From: Octopus vulgaris
Taxonomy: Eukaryota
Direction of reading: 5' to 3'
DNA: 64,000 nt
Assembly: GCA_951406725.2 (NCBI GenBank)
Contig: OX597835.1
Coordinates: forward strand, 3,844,001-3,908,000
Position 1 is the first letter of the stretch. Each line of letters opens with the position of its first letter. The notes under the pieces were generated by a model that saw nothing but the letters and a program-made list of their open reading frames with translations, was not told the origin of the DNA and made no database searches. Shown here one piece after another: positions 59,149 to 64,000 of this stretch. The position numbers and the translations under genes are program-made.

Positions 59149-59625
59149 CTCGTTTCAGAATGATATTAAACAGAGCAGGGCCGATCGAGGCAATGTAATT
59201 GCGTTGCAATACGGTCATGAGTTCGAACATGATTTGTCCAGGCTGGATGAACTGTAAACTTGATATTAAGGTCGTTTGGTGCAATGCTATTAGTATATTC
59301 TCGCCATTGTACGACCGGTGTAGCTGCCGTAGAGACGGCGGAGTTTCGGTTTTAATGCGGTCTCAATAAAGATCTGTCTTGGCGTTTATCATTTTTCTAA
59401 TGGCTCTGTTGAGTGTTTCAGATCTTGTAATGTTTTGTTTGGAGACCACAGGTGGGAAGGAGCGATATTCTAGGTATGACCGGAGAAAGGAGAACAAAAG
59501 GGGCCCTGACGAATAGCCAAAGTAAAACACCTGAAACTCGGGTCTGTGGAACGAAAAGTTCTGAAGATCAAAGAACTCGTCTCAGAAGCCATATCAACTT
59601 TATTGCTGTGTGAACAATACGCGTA

Positions 59626-59682
<57 letters not shown>

Positions 59683-60008
59683 GAATAAACACACAGTTAT
59701 ATATATTGATAAGCGTGTGTACAGACAGACAAACCGAAAGACAGAGTTTCTCTTATCGGTTTCAGGTGCTGGATTTTGGCTCTCCTGTGGCGCCCATCTT
59801 TCAAATATTCCAGGCGATTCTATAACATCGGCACTGGTTTGTCTGGTATTGCTTGTGGAAGCTTCAAGGAAAGAAAAAAAAGACTAAATAGAAAAAAAAC
59901 CTTATTTAAAAGGATATAACAACAATGATGAACTAAACTATACTTTTTATTTTTCCCTCTCTTTTCATTTTCTTACCATCACACACACACTCACAAACTT
60001 GCATTTAA

Positions 60009-60055
<47 letters not shown>

Positions 60056-60326
60056 CATGCGTGTTTATAAAATATTTTTTTAAAAGAAAACATTTACTTC
60101 AACTGAACTTTTCAGTTGCTTTCAACAAAAGGAATAAATATATAATCGCTTAAAACTACGTTGATAGACTCAATAACTACCAACGTTAATAAAGTACGGT
60201 TACGGTCGAAGGGAGGTAACTCCGACATTTTCATTTTACGTACGTGTATGTTTGCGTGCGTACGTGTGTGTGTGCGTGTGTGTATGTTTGCTTGCGTACG
60301 TGTTTACGAGGACGTAAACAAACCAA

Positions 60327-60489
60327 GTACTATTTAAGAAGAGTGGTTCCGGTGCGCGCACTCACGCTAGCTATAAAACAGTAAATAAAACACAAAAACA
60401 CAAAGTAAGGATCGACTAGTCACGACTAGCTAGCGCGGATGCGCAAGTACGCGAGTGCGCGCACCGGGACCACTCTTTTTAAATAGTAC
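60327..60489. mobile_element. MITE with ~37-bp TIRs inside an old family A copy
   Basis: gtactatttaagaagagtggttccggtgcgcgcactc / gagtgcgcgcaccgggaccactctttttaaatagtac. Confidence 0.8.
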
Positions 60490-60749
60490 CAACGAACCAC
60501 TGGTTGTCAAACGGTAGAAGCGGACAAACACAAGCACACACACACGACGAGTTTCTAAAGAGTTTCCGTTCACACACAAGCCATAGGGACGCGCGTGGCT
60601 TAGTGCTTAGTAAGTGTGCTGGGTACCTTTTACCTGCCACCGACATGACTGACTGCATCTTTGCAGCACCAGCACAAGTGCATTTCATGAGGCACCAGCA
60701 CCTGTAAAAGACTAAGTCCGTTCGTATGGATGACAACGATTCTATTTGG

Positions 60750-60918
60750 TTCGACAAGTCTTCTCAAGTATAGCAAATCACCACAACTCCCAGTCCCTTC
60801 TTGTTACTTCCCCAGTGAAGCCCAGTGTCTGAAGATCCTTTCTTCGTCCCACGTTTTACTGGGTTGACCCCTTACATGGGCTCCCTCCAGAATTAGAGCT
60901 CAGCACTTCTTCATGCAG
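60750..60918 (-). pseudogene. RTE-clade LINE ORF C-terminus, decayed
   Basis: CMKKC*ALILEGAHVRGQPSKTWDE..KDLQTLG..W (GxRxRGRPxKTW motif). Confidence 0.7.
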
Positions 60919-60927
60919 GTGATATAC

Positions 60928-60979
<52 letters not shown>

Positions 60980-60998
60980 GCGTATGTCTACACACACA

Positions 60999-61413
60999 CT
61001 TTACTCTCTTTTACTTGTTTCAGTCATTTGACTGCAGCCATGCTGGAGCACCACCTTTAGTCGAGCAAATTGACCCCAGGACTTATTCTTTGTAAGCCTA
61101 GTTCTTATTCTATCGGTCTCTTTTGCCGAACCCCTAAGTTACGGGGATGTAAACACACCAGCATTGGTTGTCAAGCGATGTTGGGGGGACAAACACAGAC
61201 ACACAAACATATACACACACACGTATATACATATATATATACGTATATACGATGGGCTTCTTTCAGTTTCCGTCTACCAAATCCACTCACAGGGCTTTGG
61301 TCGGCCCGAGGCTATAGTAGAAGACACTTGCCCAAGGTGCCACACAGTGGGACTGAACTCCGAACCATGTGGTTGGTATGCAAGCTACTTACCACACAGC
61401 CACTCCTACACCT
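60999..61413 (-). mobile_element. SINE family A, full length
   Basis: Reverse complement match. Confidence 0.9.
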
Positions 61414-61542
61414 ATATATATAGATATTGAGACACTGATGTATCAGCATAATTCTGTCACAGAATTTACAACAGTATATACATATATATATAAATGTATA
61501 TACATATATATATAAATGTATATACATATATATATAAATGTG

Positions 61543-61730
61543 TAATTTACAAGATAAGGGCAAAAGAAAAATTCTAATGCCAAATATGCCGAAAAAAAGA
61601 CAAAAGAATTAGAATTTTTCATTTGCCCTTATCTTGTAAATTATTTATAAATTTAACCGTTAAAGGTATTTTTTGATATGCTGGCCATTGATAAAAAAAT
61701 TTTTCCCGAAAAAAATTTTATCCTACATTA
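61543..61730. mobile_element. Inverted repeat plus tail in TA-rich microsatellite (PLE-like)
   Basis: taatttacaagataagggcaaa..aaaattctaat / attagaattttt..tttgcccttatcttgtaaatta. Confidence 0.55.
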
Positions 61731-62163
61731 GGTATATAAATGTGTATGTATACACACACACACATATATATCCATACATGAATATACAAAGTTAGATACA
61801 TTTAACTCGAACTCTCAAATATCTTCGTTAAGAATCTATTGATTATGCAGTCAACCAGAAATTAAAAATAAAAAGATAAAGAAAGCAACAACAAGTGCAA
61901 AATAAAAAAAAAATCTAATAATTTGATGATGGCAGGAAAAAATAACATGAATGGCTGAACTCCAAAAAATAATTGTTTTTAATTACATAATTTTGTTGTT
62001 TTTAAAGAATTTGGAAGTAAATTTTTTTTGCTTTTTCAAAGTCGACACAGAAAACAGCTTTTGGATGGAAGTTGTAAAATATATCGTCATGTATGACTAG
62101 AGAGTTTGCTTAAAGCTGTACTTGACGTACGGAACCAGTCAGTATTGTAACTCAGGAATTTTC

Positions 62164-62214
62164 CATTCCACCTTTATTTGGAATTATGCATTCCACCTTT
62201 ATTTGGAATTATGC
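62164..62214. repeat. 25-bp perfect tandem duplication
   Basis: cattccacctttatttggaattatg x2. Confidence 0.9.
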
Positions 62215-63223
62215 TCTTCTCATTTAATCAGGAGAAAAAAAAAAAAAAAAAATCATATTTTATTTTAGCTGCAGACATTAATGTAGATTAAAACTAAAGG
62301 TGTTACCATAGCAATATTCAATTAATTATTGTTGTTGTTCTTCTTCTTAGTGTTACAGCTGTCTTTATTAAAACTGTTTTTATGAGTTTTTTTTTTTTAT
62401 AAAAATTTGGTTTTGTGGTTGTTGGTGTTGTTGTTCTTCGCTATGGCTGTTGTAAATTCTGTGACAGCTTCTGTTGTTGTTCTTGTGTTTATAGTTGTTC
62501 ATAAGCGTTGCTGTTCTCAAACTTTTCCTTACTATGAGGCTTGTTGTTGTTGTTGTTGTTTGTTTTTCTTAAAGCTGTTATTGTTATTATCACTTCTATG
62601 TTTGATGTTGTTGTTGTTGTTTGTCTTTCATGTAAACCTGTTCCCAAGAAACTCCGCCAGGCGCATGTGACCCACCAGAGTCCAAGGTTGACTATTCCTT
62701 GACTGGAATGCTTTCGTGGGCATACGATAGTTTCCCAGTGGAAAAGTCAGAAACTGTTTGACCTTCTCCCCTTAGGACCCATTTTGTGGTCAGTAACCCT
62801 TCAACTCCAACAGGGCCCCTTGCGTGGATACGACTTGTACTGATTCCAACCTCAGCCCCTGAAAAAATAACAAGGGTACATCATTTATAAAAATATAATA
62901 GTTTTAATTTCTGATTTAATTGAAAGTAAGATGTCTGGCAAGTGCTACCAGTCGAGAACTCCGCATACCGGAAGCCAGCAAGTGTATGGGGTCATCAGAA
63001 GAGAATGCGCGCCGTTTCGGGGCCAACCTCTCGACGGCATCAATGTGCCCCCCCCCCACTGATATGAGGCCCTGCTTGCTAGATCAACTGGTTATTAAAT
63101 AATGCTCACTATCAACTAATTAATTACACACAATGAAATTATCAAATTCTTCAAAAAAACTCTCCTGCTGTGGAATATTTATGGACAACACAGATTATCA
63201 CCACTTTCTTTCAATTCCAGATT

Positions 63224-63556
63224 CTGAGACCCCGTTCGGTCACGACACAGACCATGGGATTGCACCTAGAAAGTTACCCTCCCAGGCTCAAGTCCAGGCA
63301 AGGTTGTTTATGGAAGACTAGCAGTTGCCCATGCATACCGGCCTCCACGCCACCAGTGTTATCCAAAGGAAAGGCAACGGCCAATACAGCTTGGCACCAG
63401 TGATGTCACAACTCCTTTCTACAGCTGAGTGAACTGGAGCAACGTGAAATAAAGTGTCTTACTCAAGAACACAACACACAGCCCGGTTTGGGATTCGAGC
63501 TCACAAGCTCACGATCGTAAGCTCGACGCTTTAACCACTGAGCCATGTGCCTTCAC
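63224..63556 (-). mobile_element. SINE family E, uninterrupted
   Basis: Matches 27284-27837 without the MITE; TSD attccagatt. Confidence 0.9.
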
Positions 63557-63944
63557 TATTCCAGATTAGATCTTAATTAATTAATTAATTACAAAAGTGA
63601 TGATGTAATTTTGCTGAGTCAGTTATCAATAGCAAAATTTTGGAATGTTGTTGATGATATCATTGGTGTGTTAGTTGCTCCATATTGACACAGATAAGTG
63701 GTTAGAGTAAGAGTAGACTAGTGTAACAATAAACTAATATAACTGAATCTGTGCAAAACAGAGAGAAGATATGGTTACTTACCTAATCCAAACCTGTATC
63801 CATCAGAAAAACGTGTGCTAATATTATGGAAAACACACGCACTGTCCACTGTTTTCAAAAATCTTTCAGCCACAGCAGCTGTGGAATAGAGAAATGGAAC
63901 ATTAGAACATGAAAACAATAGCAAAGTTCCATGTAAAAAGCGCT

Positions 63945-64000
63945 GTCCACTCTGTAAGGTGGTTGGCGTTAGGAAGGGCACCCAACCATAAAAAACCATG
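63945..64000 (+). mobile_element. RTE-associated repeat fragment cut by the window edge
   Basis: ggttggcgttaggaagggcacccaaccataaaa resembles the AGGAAGGGCATCC motif of RTE 5' regions and related SINEs. Confidence 0.45.

Noticed and set aside
62985-63025. Minus-strand ccccGAAAc..CUGAUGAcccc as a type II hammerhead
   Set aside because: The two stem II strands are identical rather than complementary; stems I and III do not form

Overview
AT-rich, microsatellite-saturated eukaryotic intergenic or intronic DNA. The SINE repertoire and repeat landscape most resemble a coleoid cephalopod (Octopus-like); this is an inference and was not database-verified. No intact host gene is supported, and nearly all ORFs in the track are translations of simple repeats. 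The window holds at least 4 tRNA-derived SINE families, decayed CR1, L1/Tx1, RTE and R4/Dong LINE fragments, Tc1/mariner remnants, a hAT MITE and a Gypsy/Ginger integrase relic. The strongest unannotated signal is a set of short non-coding elements, mostly inserted in (TA)n/(TACA)n tracts, carrying minimal type I hammerhead ribozyme (HHR) folds of the kind known from Penelope-like elements (PLEs), often as an inverted repeat with a one-sided tail. About a dozen motifs from several unrelated families are visible. They include a recurrent CCGACGA core variant, HHRs with large stem II inserts, and one element joining a tRNA-like Pol III head to an HHR tail (candidate PLE-mobilised SINE, 20431-20841).
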